64,000 bases of DNA from Oscillospiraceae bacterium (lineage in GTDB: Bacteria > Bacillota > Clostridia > Oscillospirales > UBA929): assembly GCA_009780275.1 (NCBI GenBank), contig WRAI01000008.1, forward strand, positions 337-64,336. Direction: 5' to 3'. The notes under the pieces were generated by a model. It ran no database searches and was not told the origin of the DNA. It saw only the letters and a program-made list of their open reading frames with translations. The translations under genes were made by a program, and so were the position numbers. Below, piece after piece: positions 47,195 through 57,297 of the stretch (the stretch's first letter is position 1; each line of letters begins with the position of its first letter).

Positions 47195-48445
47195 TTACAA
47201 AACCATTTTACAAATCGCCGCCGCGTCCAATGCACATTCAACAGCAGAACCATCAGCCATATCCTTAACTTGCACTTTATCCGCCGCAACCTCATCATCA
47301 CCAATGACAACAACATACCGCGCTTTGATCTTATCGGCTTGCTTCATTTGTGCCTTAACCTTGCGCCCCATGACATCGCGCACCGCTGCAACGCCTAATC
47401 CGCGCAACTCGTGTGTCAACACCGTGACAACGGCATCATCCTCACACGCATTGACAATGCAAACGTCCGGCACACTTTTTTCACCCGTTCCAATGCCCTG
47501 CGCCTGCGCTGTCAACAGCAAGCGTTCAATGCCGCTGCCGAAGCCCAGTGCCGGCGTGGGCGGCCCGCCCAGCGTTTCAATCAACCCATCGTAACGCCCG
47601 CCGCCGCATACGGTATTCTGCGCACCCAAACTGCCGGCGACCTTAAACTCAAAGACGGTTCGCGTGTAATAATCAAACCCGCGCACCATTGTCTTGTTAA
47701 GCGTATAAGCAATGCCTAACGCAGATAAATGCGCTTTTAGGCTCTCAAAATGCTCATGACACGGAATACACAGATGGTCAGCCGAATACGGCGCGTTTGC
47801 TGCAACAGCTTGGCAGTCGGGATTCTTGCAATCCAGAATACGCAATGGGTTGCGCTGAATTCTGTCTTCACACAAGCCGCAAAGATCGTGTTGCGCCAAG
47901 TATTCTTTCAATATCGAGTGATAAATCGGGCGGCAATCGGGACAGCCGATACTATTGATTTCCAATGTCACGCCGGCAATGCCTATGCGTTGCAAATAGG
48001 CGTCCGCCAATGCTATCAATTCAGCGTCAGCGTCAGCCCCGGCAGGCCCAAAGCACTCTACGCCGAACTGGTGATGTTGGCGCAAACGCCCTGCTTGCGG
48101 GCGTTCATAGCGAAAATTCGGCCCGATGTAATAGACTTTTTGCGGTAACCCCTGCGCCAATAAGCTATGCTCCAACATGGCGCGGCAAACACCCGCCGTA
48201 CCCTCGGGGCGCATGGTAATGCTTCGCCCGCCCTTGTCAATCAGCGTATACATCTCTTTTTGCACAACATCGGTCGTTTCGCCCGCCCCGCGCTCAAACA
48301 GCTCAGTATGCTCTATCATCGGTGTGCGGATTTCACTATAACCATATAGCCGCGCCGTATCACGCAGCAGGGCTTCCAGCCATTGCCACGATGTGCAGTC
48401 GAGAATATCGTGTGTGCCTTTGGGTGCTTTGGTGAGTAACTGCAT
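47195..48445 (-). CDS. hisS: Histidyl-tRNA synthetase
   Basis: KGTHDILD, MRPEGTAGVCRA, GGGRYDGL motifs. Confidence 0.95.
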   Translation of the reverse strand: MQLLTKAPKGTHDILDCTSWQWLEALLRDTARLYGYSEIRTPMIEHTELFERGAGETTDVVQKEMYTLIDKGGRSITMRPEGTAGVCRAMLEHSLLAQGLPQKVYYIGPNFRYERPQAGRLRQHHQFGVECFGPAGADADAELIALADAYLQRIGIAGVTLEINSIGCPDCRPIYHSILKEYLAQHDLCGLCEDRIQRNPLRILDCKNPDCQAVAANAPYSADHLCIPCHEHFESLKAHLSALGIAYTLNKTMVRGFDYYTRTVFEFKVAGSLGAQNTVCGGGRYDGLIETLGGPPTPALGFGSGIERLLLTAQAQGIGTGEKSVPDVCIVNACEDDAVVTVLTHELRGLGVAAVRDVMGRKVKAQMKQADKIKARYVVVIGDDEVAADKVQVKDMADGSAVECALDAAAICKMVL

Positions 48446-48463
48446 AATAAACCTCCATAATGA

Positions 48464-49474
48464 TTACGGCAGCACTCTCTCCACCGTATATCCATAATTT
48501 TTGAGCAAGTAGACAACACTGTCTTCACCTATCAAGTGTCCGAGACCCACGACAAAAAATACATTCTTGCCATCGGCCATATACTGCCGCGCCACTTGGG
48601 TCATGCCAATATCGCGCTGAATAAATAAGGCATCCCAAATTTCTTCGTACAGCTCCGCCGGCGCGTCCTCATATTCGGCATAAAACAACGTCAAGAAACC
48701 CTCTTCATCTCCTTGTTGCCACATCTCGTACATTTCAACCAGCATCATCGCGCCCTCTTCAACATACGCTGCGCTTTCCAGCATAACTATCTGCGCCGGC
48801 ATCGAAAGTCCCATCAGCATTTCCAGCTGCATTCCCATCGATTCGACCTCTAAAATATCCATGTCCCGCGCCATCGCTGCCTGAATAAAATGCATATCCA
48901 CGCCATATTCTGCCGACATTCCCGCCTGCTCAACGGCAACACTTGCCAGCGTCGAGTGCCACATAAATGGCTTTAATGTGTTCAGCATATCCAGCATGAC
49001 GTTTGGCACGCCAAAATCGGCCAAAATCGCGATCAATCTTTCGTGCAACGCCTCGCCAATGTCATCGGCAATTGTCCGCCCCTCTTGATACGTCTGCATG
49101 GCGTGGATGGCCAAAATGGCTCCCATGTCATTTTCAAATGCGTATAAATCAGCTTCCACCGCCAAGTAGTCGCTGCGATAAAATGCATCCATAATAAAGT
49201 CGGGCAACGGGTAAATCGATGCCTCACCGGCATGAATTGAGCCGAATAAATACATGGCCTGTCCTTCCGGCGATGTCACGCGCCACATTAGCGGGGTGAT
49301 ATCAGCCGACGTAACAGAAGTGATAGGCGTATCTTCGGGCGTGTCCGTCACGCCGGGCGATGGCTCCGGCGAAGGCGCAGACGCGATATTGTCTTGGTTT
49401 TGACAGCCACCCAACAGCGGCAAGATAAGCAAAGCAGCGGTCAACAAAGCCAACAAATTATGCTTCCATTTCAT
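48464..49474 (-). CDS. TraB/GumN-family lipoprotein
   Basis: Lipobox LLGGC. LWRVTSPEGQAMYLFGSIHAG and VVGLGHLIGEDS are typical of the GumN/TraB family. Confidence 0.75.
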   Translation of the reverse strand: MKWKHNLLALLTAALLILPLLGGCQNQDNIASAPSPEPSPGVTDTPEDTPITSVTSADITPLMWRVTSPEGQAMYLFGSIHAGEASIYPLPDFIMDAFYRSDYLAVEADLYAFENDMGAILAIHAMQTYQEGRTIADDIGEALHERLIAILADFGVPNVMLDMLNTLKPFMWHSTLASVAVEQAGMSAEYGVDMHFIQAAMARDMDILEVESMGMQLEMLMGLSMPAQIVMLESAAYVEEGAMMLVEMYEMWQQGDEEGFLTLFYAEYEDAPAELYEEIWDALFIQRDIGMTQVARQYMADGKNVFFVVGLGHLIGEDSVVYLLKNYGYTVERVLP

Positions 49475-49623
49475 AATCGAGTCATCCTTTATTTTTTATT
49501 GTTGCCAGTATAACACATTCCGATTGACTTCACAACCCGTTGATACTGTGGTATAATGACAGAGCTCTAGACGCTTATCACAGCACGGTGAGAGCGTCAC
49601 GCTCTGTAAGATTGGAGGCAATT

Positions 49624-50778
49624 ATGAACTTCAACAAAACCACCAACCGCAGCAATACCGAATCTCTAAAATACGACAGTGCGGCAAACTACGGCAAGCC
49701 TGACGGCTTACTGCCGCTTTGGGTCGCCGATATGGACTTCCCCGCCCCCGATTGCGTGACCTCTGCACTGCAAGAACGTGTAGCACATGGCATTTTCGGC
49801 TACGCCGTCCCCGACGACACCTATTACAACGCCGTAATAAACTGGTTTGCCGCACGCTTCAACTACCACGCCGATCCCAGATGGCTCACCATCACACTCG
49901 GCGTCGTCTATGCCATCAACATGGCCATTGACGCGTTTACTGCATCCGGCGACGGCATTTTAATCCAAGAACCCGTCTACTACCCATTCCGCCAAAGCAT
50001 CACGGCAAACAGACGGCGAGTTGTTGTTAACGAACTTGTTTTACAGGACGGCAAGTATGTTATCGACTTCGCCGACTTTGAGGAGAAAGCCCGTCAGAGC
50101 AAACTGTTTCTGCTATGCAGTCCGCACAACCCTGTCGGGCGCGTTTGGACTGTTGATGAACTACGAAAAATGGTTGACATTTGCGTGAAACACAACGTGC
50201 TGATTGTTGCCGACGAAATTTGGTGCGATTTCATCTATGGCAACCGCCAACACTATATGTTGCCTGCTCTTATGCCCGAGGCGCAAGACAATATTATCCT
50301 TTGCACGGCACCAAGCAAGACATTTAATCTTGCCGGCTTGCAAAACGCCAACATCTTCATCAGTAATCCAAACTTACGTAAAGTTTTCCGCAGAACGGTC
50401 AACAGAAACGGCATGGAGATGCCCAACAACGCCGGCTTCGTCGCCGCCCGCGCGGCGTATTCGCACGGCGGCGATTGGTTGACGGAATTGTTGCAGTATA
50501 TCGAAAGCAATTTCATCTATATTGATGGATTTCTTAAAACTAACTTGCCCACTGTCAAGCTCATCGCTCCGCAAGGCACATACTTAGCATGGCTCGACTG
50601 CCGCGCACTTGACGTAACGCCGGACGAACTCGAGCACAAACTACTCCATGAAGCCAAAATATGGCTCAGTCGCGGCGACTCATTTGGCGCACTTGGCGCA
50701 GGCTTTATGCGCCTAAATGCTGCCTGCCCGCACATCACCCTAGGTGAGTGCCTGCGTCGCATGGCTGCAGCCTTATAG
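49624..50778 (+). CDS. PatB/MalY-type class I/II aminotransferase (C-S lyase)
   Basis: SLKYD..., LPLWVADMDF, SPHNPVGRVW, and the SKTFNLAGL PLP-lysine motif. ATG 49624 follows GGAGG. Confidence 0.85.
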   Translation: MNFNKTTNRSNTESLKYDSAANYGKPDGLLPLWVADMDFPAPDCVTSALQERVAHGIFGYAVPDDTYYNAVINWFAARFNYHADPRWLTITLGVVYAINMAIDAFTASGDGILIQEPVYYPFRQSITANRRRVVVNELVLQDGKYVIDFADFEEKARQSKLFLLCSPHNPVGRVWTVDELRKMVDICVKHNVLIVADEIWCDFIYGNRQHYMLPALMPEAQDNIILCTAPSKTFNLAGLQNANIFISNPNLRKVFRRTVNRNGMEMPNNAGFVAARAAYSHGGDWLTELLQYIESNFIYIDGFLKTNLPTVKLIAPQGTYLAWLDCRALDVTPDELEHKLLHEAKIWLSRGDSFGALGAGFMRLNAACPHITLGECLRRMAAAL

Positions 50779-50854
50779 AGCATACTGCCCTCACGCGCCA
50801 CACATATATAAACACAGCATTTCAGCTCTATTGCAATCAAGCGCCCGTCCGCCC

Positions 50855-51523
50855 CTATACTGCGGTTTTGCCATTCGCCGGCATCCATAGTTCCCTAAAC
50901 CGCCGCATCGTCATCCCAACCCCGAGGAAAAACATACCCTTGCTCGTCCCGCTCAACGCGCCCGTCACCGTAAATGGAATCACGGCGGCCACTATTGCGG
51001 CAACGCCAAACGTCATGTACAAGTATGGTAAATATTGCGACATCCGCCCCAATACAGCGCGGTAAATAATCGACTCGCGCACTGCCGTAAAGAACTTGTA
51101 ATGCCCGAGGAAGAATAAAAACACAGTTGCCAAGGCAATCCCGCCCGGAATGTACCAGCCGCCAAAAAATGCCAACATCGCAGCGAACATATATAAAATA
51201 AACAAGATGGTCATTGTCCAACGCAACGACTGCAAACGTTGCAGCATAACCTGACTGCCCTGCCGCCTGCGGCAAGCCAAAACATACCGCCACACATTGA
51301 CACTCACCGCCATTTGCGGCAGCAAAAAGAACGTTACAATCACCAAATACAGCCCGCCAAAATCATCCACGCCCGGCAATTGGCTAAAAAATAACGTCGT
51401 TCCGCCGGTGGTGACAAAATGCAGATACTCAAAGACAAAGCTCATTGAAAATCCCAACGCCGCAACCAGCATCACCGGCGTCGAAGACTCTCGCGCAATA
51501 TTATCAATGAGCCTTTTGTCCAT
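50855..51523 (-). CDS. Hypothetical polytopic membrane protein
   Basis: 222 aa with about 6 hydrophobic helices. Confidence 0.55.
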   Translation of the reverse strand: MDKRLIDNIARESSTPVMLVAALGFSMSFVFEYLHFVTTGGTTLFFSQLPGVDDFGGLYLVIVTFFLLPQMAVSVNVWRYVLACRRRQGSQVMLQRLQSLRWTMTILFILYMFAAMLAFFGGWYIPGGIALATVFLFFLGHYKFFTAVRESIIYRAVLGRMSQYLPYLYMTFGVAAIVAAVIPFTVTGALSGTSKGMFFLGVGMTMRRFRELWMPANGKTAV

Positions 51524-51575
51524 CCTTACACCTCACCCATTACCTATCACTGAACTCTTGCGTGGGGCCATATCC

Positions 51576-52697
51576 TTACCCCCAAATCCCACTCCCGACA
51601 ATCACTGCCAATGCCTCATCAACGCCGCCCAATACATTCACATGCCCCATCTTGCGCTTGTCCACAGCCTTAGCCTTGCCGTATAGATGAATTTTCCCCG
51701 TCTTTAACAACGGCAAATATGCCGTTAAATCGTCTAATTTCTCTTTATTCAAATGATCGCCCAAAATGTTGACCATCACCACTGGCGTATGCAGTGCCGT
51801 ATCGCCCAGCGGCAACCCGCACACCGCGCGAACATGCTGCTCAAACTGACTCGTCAAACAAGCATCAATGGTATAATGCCCCGAATTGTGCGGGCGCGGT
51901 GCCAATTCGTTGATGAGAACCTCATCGCCAACAACAAACATCTCGACACCCATCACACCGATGACATCCATCTCTTCGGCAATCTTGCGCGCATAGGCCA
52001 ACGCCTTTGCCTCAACAGCCGCGTCAATCTGTGCCGGCACAATGCTCTGGTGCAAAATATTGTTGACATGAGTGTTCTCGGCAACCGGAAACACCGCCGT
52101 TTCACCCATCGTACTCCGCGCCACAATAACTGAAATCTCCTTGCTAAACGGCACAAACTTCTCCAAAATGCACTCTTTCTGGCCCACCAGCTCTTGCCCC
52201 GCCGCTAAGTCGTCCGCCGAGCGCAATACAACCTGTCCTTTTCCATCATACCCGCCCGTTGTCGTTTTCAGCACGGATGGATATGTTGCTTTCTCGGCCA
52301 ACGCTTCGGCACTGTCAATTAAGCAAAACTCGGCAACAGGAATACCCATCGCCGCAATCGCACTCTTCTCACGAAAGCGGTGCTGCGTGGTATACAACAC
52401 TTGGCTGCCCTGCGGCAAATAGGCGTTCTTTTCGAGCCAAGCCAACGCTTCATGGTCAATGTTTTCAAACTCATACGTAATCACATCGCTGATTTCAGCC
52501 AATTTCTTAATGGCGTCCATGTCGTTGTATGCCGCCGTAATTTCAATATCGGCAATCTGCCCGCACGGACAATTCGGTGTTGGCTCAAGCACGGCCACAA
52601 AGTAACCCATTGCCTTAGCACTCAGACACATCATGCGCGCCAACTGCCCGCCACCAATAATGCCGATGGTTTGATACGGATAAATCGTTTTGCTCAT
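51576..52697 (-). CDS. purK: N5-carboxyaminoimidazole ribonucleotide synthase
   Basis: IGIIGGGQLARM, ATP-grasp pattern. ATG 52697 lies 1 nt after the purE stop. Confidence 0.9.
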   Translation of the reverse strand: MSKTIYPYQTIGIIGGGQLARMMCLSAKAMGYFVAVLEPTPNCPCGQIADIEITAAYNDMDAIKKLAEISDVITYEFENIDHEALAWLEKNAYLPQGSQVLYTTQHRFREKSAIAAMGIPVAEFCLIDSAEALAEKATYPSVLKTTTGGYDGKGQVVLRSADDLAAGQELVGQKECILEKFVPFSKEISVIVARSTMGETAVFPVAENTHVNNILHQSIVPAQIDAAVEAKALAYARKIAEEMDVIGVMGVEMFVVGDEVLINELAPRPHNSGHYTIDACLTSQFEQHVRAVCGLPLGDTALHTPVVMVNILGDHLNKEKLDDLTAYLPLLKTGKIHLYGKAKAVDKRKMGHVNVLGGVDEALAVIVGSGIWG

Positions 52698-52698
52698 G

Positions 52699-53178
52699 TT
52701 ACACCTCGTCACTCAATACTTTTTGCGTAATCTTCGCCTGTCGCGCCTCTATTTTAGCATACAACGCGCTGTCAAAGGCCGCGAGAATCCGTGCTGCCAT
52801 CAGCCCCGCATTGGTCGCACCGGCAACACCGATGGCCATCGTCGCCACAGGTGTACCCGCTGGCATCTGCACAATCGACAGCAGCGAATCCATGCCATTC
52901 AATGCCTTCGACTGTACCGGCACGCCAATGACGGGCAAACTCGTGCAAGCCGCCACCATGCCCGGCAAATGCGCCGCACCGCCCGCACCCGCGATAATGG
53001 CTTTCAGACCACGATCTGCGGCCGTCTTAGCATACTCGACCATATATTCTGGCGTCCGGTGCGCCGAAACGACTTTTTTCTCATATAAAACCCCAAGTTC
53101 ATCCAGAACTTTCGCCGCGCAATTCATCGTGTCCAAATCCGACGTACTGCCCATAATAATGCCAATTTGTGTTTGCAT
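52699..53178 (-). CDS. purE: N5-CAIR mutase
   Basis: [27 protein letters not shown]. Confidence 0.95.
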   Translation of the reverse strand: MQTQIGIIMGSTSDLDTMNCAAKVLDELGVLYEKKVVSAHRTPEYMVEYAKTAADRGLKAIIAGAGGAAHLPGMVAACTSLPVIGVPVQSKALNGMDSLLSIVQMPAGTPVATMAIGVAGATNAGLMAARILAAFDSALYAKIEARQAKITQKVLSDEV

Positions 53179-53313
53179 GGTAGCTGTCCTCCGTAGGCGT
53201 TTTGTTCTTATTTATTTTATCATATTTGTGTGGAGTGTTCAAGGTACTGTTGGAGGTTTTATTGTTTTATCTTGTGGCGGGCAATAACGTAGAATGCTTA
53301 TTAGGCACACAAC

Positions 53314-54387
53314 CTAAATATCACGTAACTCATATTCAAATGGCTTATCACATGAAAATATCTCATGATAAAAGCCTTTGTAGGAAATATCATCTTCTAA
53401 ACATTTTATAAGGTAAGACAATTCCTCATCACATTCCACCACGCCGCCGCTATTCCACATATCTTCAAATGCGGCTATAATTTCTTCCATAAGGCTAACT
53501 TGCAAAAATAACGGCAGATTTTCCAACACCTCATCATCAATCGCAGTTTCAGAACGATAGCCGGCGATAACCGTTTCAAAGTAGCTGTTCATAGCCTGTT
53601 TGCGCTTATTGGCATCCGGCTCATTTTGCGCCCAACCTATGCCGTGTTGCCAAAGGCTTGCCAAATCGAACATATACCAGCCGAAACACGAATTATCAAA
53701 GTCAAAGACTGTTATTTGTCCTGTTTCAAAATCAATATTGTAGTTTCCATCATTGAAATCGCAATGTATCATGCCGAACACTTCACGGCTTTGGTCTGTT
53801 TCTTTCAGGGTTTGCAGCAGAGAAAACATTTTTTCCTTACAATGAGATAGCGAATTGGGGATTAACGTGTCAATGTATTCGGCAGTAAATCTGTCTAGAA
53901 AGCTGCATCTGCGGTGAATAGGAGTGTACACTTTCGACAGTTGGTGCAGCTTCCCTAAAACTTTGCCACAATCGTAGTAATACTCGGCAATCGGAACGCC
54001 TTCACGATATTGATAGTGATTTTCTACAAGCAATTTCCCTTTTGCTTGTTCAAACAAGCAGACGAAAAATGTGTGCTTATCGTGCGTTATTTCCTCGACC
54101 ATATTACCCATTCGAGAGCAAATAACATTGGCAACACTACCGCCATTTTCGTGTAAATATCGGATAAATTCAGTTTCACCAAGATAATCGTCCATGTTTC
54201 TATCACTTCGAAAAGCAATACGGAGTATTCTCGATTCTGAATCGTTTTTGTCACAATAGTAGACAACATTTGGAGCGATATAATCCCTTTCAATGTGGGT
54301 GAATGTATAACCTTCCAACTCATATAACTCCCACACCATCGGAAGTAAAAAGGACTCACCAATTTTTACAACTTCGTTATATGTCAA
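53314..54387 (-). CDS. Phosphotransferase-family (APH/ChoK-like) kinase
   Basis: IHCDFNDGNYNI (HxDxxxxN) and VFDFDNS (DFD). AT-rich. Confidence 0.7.
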   Translation of the reverse strand: MTYNEVVKIGESFLLPMVWELYELEGYTFTHIERDYIAPNVVYYCDKNDSESRILRIAFRSDRNMDDYLGETEFIRYLHENGGSVANVICSRMGNMVEEITHDKHTFFVCLFEQAKGKLLVENHYQYREGVPIAEYYYDCGKVLGKLHQLSKVYTPIHRRCSFLDRFTAEYIDTLIPNSLSHCKEKMFSLLQTLKETDQSREVFGMIHCDFNDGNYNIDFETGQITVFDFDNSCFGWYMFDLASLWQHGIGWAQNEPDANKRKQAMNSYFETVIAGYRSETAIDDEVLENLPLFLQVSLMEEIIAAFEDMWNSGGVVECDEELSYLIKCLEDDISYKGFYHEIFSCDKPFEYELRDI

Positions 54388-54453
54388 TATGTATCTCCTT
54401 TACACCGTAAAATATAAATTTCCTACTTAATCTATGATTTCAAAATATCCGCT

Positions 54454-55968
54454 TCACCGTCCAAATATTTTCCGCACCGTACCCTTGCCCAACATCACCA
54501 ACTTTTTCCAAATATGCCGCACACGCACCGACCGCATGCCAATTTTATACATTCGTTCAACTTTTGTGCGTTGTTCCGGCACATCGGGCTGTCCCAATGC
54601 CATTACTTTTTTCTTATAGCGCGGCACTTGTGTCAGTGACACCAGCTTGTAGATATAATTCATCGTCTCATCGCAATTCTCATTTTTCCAGTACATTTCA
54701 TACTGCTCGTGCATCGGCGCGTTGAGGAATCGCTCCATCTCCTCGGGTGACACAAGCCCTTTGTCAATGGCCTTTTGCACAATCGCCGTACCCGGCAGAA
54801 AGTTTAGCCCATGCAACCGCAACTCGAATTTTCCTTTGAGTTCCAAGCAAAGAAATAAAGTCTCACGCAAGGTATCATGCGTTTCAAAGTGATGCCGCAC
54901 CATCAAGTCAAAAATCACCTCTGGCACTTTGGCGTCCACCAACGACTGACTTGCCGCGATAATATCCTCATTCGTTTCGGGCCGGTTAAAGATCTGCCGC
55001 CGGATGTATGGTGAACCGCTTTGCAGCCCCATCGTCACTTTATACAATCCGACATTGACAAACTTGGCAAAATTTTTAGCGTCAGCATGCCGCGGGTGCC
55101 CCCACACCTCAAAGGGCAGGTTGATCCGCGCTTTATATTTAGCGCAAAACTCATCCACCCACGCCTCGTCCTCAGGGAAAATTTCGTCGTAAAAGCGGAT
55201 ATATTTCAGGTTTTTCATCTTGGCCTTAGCATGTGCCAACTCATCAATCACACTGTCAATTGAGCGAAGCCGCACCGTCTTTCCCTTACCGGCATGAATG
55301 CGCTTCCACGCTGACGAGCTGCAATACGAGCAAGCGTGCGGGCAGCCCCGCGAACAGGAAATTTCATAGCTCATCGACCCCAGCAGCGGGTCTTCGTGTT
55401 TTTTGACAATATCATTATCAATGATATATTTATTGGGCAGCCCAAGTTCCAGCCAGCCAAATTTATCCAAATCGCGCAGCAAGTCGCGCAGCTCATTCTG
55501 CACCACTGCGCCGCCCTCATCGCGATAAGCAAGATTACGAATGTTCGCAAAGTCATTCACGCCCGACTTTAACATATCAGCCAGTTCAATAAATGTCTCC
55601 TCACCTTCGCTCCGTACCACCAAATCGGCATGCTTTAAACACTCCTCAGCAAACATCGTCGGATAAATGCCGCCCCAAACGATCGGCACATCAATTGCCT
55701 GCTTCAAGGCATCATTGACTTCAATAATCGTCTCCATATAAAATGACGCCATCACGCTCAGCCCAACAGCCAAAGGGTCTTTCGACTTAACCAGCTCAAC
55801 CAGCAACTCAATTTCCCGCGCCGTCGCACCTTTGGGGTTGATAAAGCTGATGTTTTTAAAAAACACCGTCGTCACATCGTAACCGGCCTGCGTCAATGCC
55901 TTTTCGATATGCTTAATCCCCAACGCCTTGGGCATATAGAAGTTGATGAGCACAATTCTATTGTTCAT
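54454..55968 (-). CDS. B12-binding-domain radical SAM protein (class B)
   Basis: N-terminal cobalamin-binding-like domain. CSRGCPHACSYC is the CxxxCxxC motif. 504 aa. Confidence 0.82.
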   Translation of the reverse strand: MNNRIVLINFYMPKALGIKHIEKALTQAGYDVTTVFFKNISFINPKGATAREIELLVELVKSKDPLAVGLSVMASFYMETIIEVNDALKQAIDVPIVWGGIYPTMFAEECLKHADLVVRSEGEETFIELADMLKSGVNDFANIRNLAYRDEGGAVVQNELRDLLRDLDKFGWLELGLPNKYIIDNDIVKKHEDPLLGSMSYEISCSRGCPHACSYCSSSAWKRIHAGKGKTVRLRSIDSVIDELAHAKAKMKNLKYIRFYDEIFPEDEAWVDEFCAKYKARINLPFEVWGHPRHADAKNFAKFVNVGLYKVTMGLQSGSPYIRRQIFNRPETNEDIIAASQSLVDAKVPEVIFDLMVRHHFETHDTLRETLFLCLELKGKFELRLHGLNFLPGTAIVQKAIDKGLVSPEEMERFLNAPMHEQYEMYWKNENCDETMNYIYKLVSLTQVPRYKKKVMALGQPDVPEQRTKVERMYKIGMRSVRVRHIWKKLVMLGKGTVRKIFGR

Positions 55969-56093
55969 ATCCGCCTCCGCAAGTGCATTGCTATTCTATT
56001 GTACCATACAAGTGAGGCATATTCAATCCCCCACAACCAAAACCATTATACCATGCCCAATCGATACATTATTACAAATTTCTCGCATATAAC

Positions 56094-56123
56094 AAAAAAT
56101 CCGCCCTCATGGACGGATTTCTC
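56094..56123 (-). terminator. rpsU terminator
   Basis: Minus-strand AUCCGUCC-AUGA-GGGCGGAU followed by U6. Confidence 0.7.
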
Positions 56124-56163
56124 AACTGCTTTCCATGCCATACATGACACCTACTCAACAGTT

Positions 56164-56346
56164 CTACTTAAATTTCTTTTTCTTCGCCCTGGCTGCCTCA
56201 GCTTTCTTGCGGCGGCGAACACTCGGGCTTTCATAGTGTTCACGACGGCGCAATTCGGAGAGAACACCCGACTTCGCGCAGTTACGTTTGAAACGCTTAA
56301 GCGCACTATCCAGCGATTCGTTGTCTTTGACTTTGACTTCTGACAT
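56164..56346 (-). CDS. rpsU: 30S ribosomal protein S21
   Basis: [42 protein letters not shown]... The start is at ATG 56346 after GGAGGG. Confidence 0.93.
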   Translation of the reverse strand: MSEVKVKDNESLDSALKRFKRNCAKSGVLSELRRREHYESPSVRRRKKAEAARAKKKKFK

Positions 56347-56536
56347 TGACTTTTCCCTCCTCTCACATAAACGATATGATACCGTCATAGTATACATCAT
56401 TCCGAACCGTTTGTCAAGAGGGATTGTCCAACTTACAAAATTTTATGATTGTTATCTTTTGTCGTGCCTTGTGTGCAGCAGCTGCGCGAAAATTTCTGCG
56501 CACTCCCATTTTATCGGCCGTCTACGGCAGCTCTTT

Positions 56537-56950
56537 TTACCACGTTATCAAATCTCGCAACTGCTCTAGTCGCACCTCACCGATGCCGCTGACATGCGTC
56601 AAATCCTCTGCCGACGTAAACGCACCGTACCGCTCGCGGAAATCAACAATCCGCTGTGCCAATGCCGGCCCAATCCCCGGCAGCACTTGCAGTTCTTCCA
56701 TCGTCGCTGTGTTGACATTAACCCTGCCATCATCTTGCGGTGGCACCTCTGCCGTGGCGGAATCCCCCACCGGCGGGCCGGCAACTTGCCCACCCAAAAT
56801 CGGACTGCCGCTGTCACCGCGAATGGTATATGTCCCTTCGCTCTGCCTCGCCCCTATGTAATAGCCCAAGCTTGCGGCCAGCATGCCCACCACAATCACG
56901 GCAATCGCGGCCGTCGACAACGAAATACGCCGTTGCGGCTTATCTGACAT
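56537..56950 (-). CDS. comEA: ComEA-like helix-hairpin-helix DNA-binding membrane protein
   Basis: N-terminal TM helix. C-terminus VNVNTATMEELQVLPGIGPALAQRIVDFRERYGAFTSAEDLTHVSGIG. Confidence 0.85.
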   Translation of the reverse strand: MSDKPQRRISLSTAAIAVIVVGMLAASLGYYIGARQSEGTYTIRGDSGSPILGGQVAGPPVGDSATAEVPPQDDGRVNVNTATMEELQVLPGIGPALAQRIVDFRERYGAFTSAEDLTHVSGIGEVRLEQLRDLITW

Positions 56951-56955
56951 ACACG

Positions 56956-57180
56956 CTACCTCCTACGCCTATAAGGTTGCTTCTCATCTGTCATACCAAG
57001 CAAGTAATCAACGCTCGTATCAAACGCCAACGCCAACTTCTTACAAAGCGGCACCGTCAATGCCCTCTTACCCAGCTCCAATTTTGAGTACGTGCTTTGG
57101 TCAATGCCTGTCCGCATTTGCACTTGCAGCTGGGTATAGCCTTTAGCTATACGTAGCTCTTTTAATCTATTCAATCGCAA
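56956..57180 (-). CDS. XRE-family HTH regulator
   Basis: LKELRIAKGYTQLQVQMRTGIDQSTYSKLELGKR. Confidence 0.8.
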   Translation of the reverse strand: MRLNRLKELRIAKGYTQLQVQMRTGIDQSTYSKLELGKRALTVPLCKKLALAFDTSVDYLLGMTDEKQPYRRRR

Positions 57181-57297
57181 TCACCTAGGGCTATTATGTC
57201 ATAATCTGGCGACTGCACTAGGTCAATTTGCCCTATTTTGTACAAAAACACCTTCTCAACTCTCGAAGATATTCTTCATTGCAATCGTAAGAGTCTA

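Noticed and set aside
53179-53313. Looked for a purine riboswitch upstream of purE.
   Set aside because: Neither the conserved three-way-junction motifs nor the U/C-discriminating core could be recognised on the minus strand. The region is simply AT-rich.
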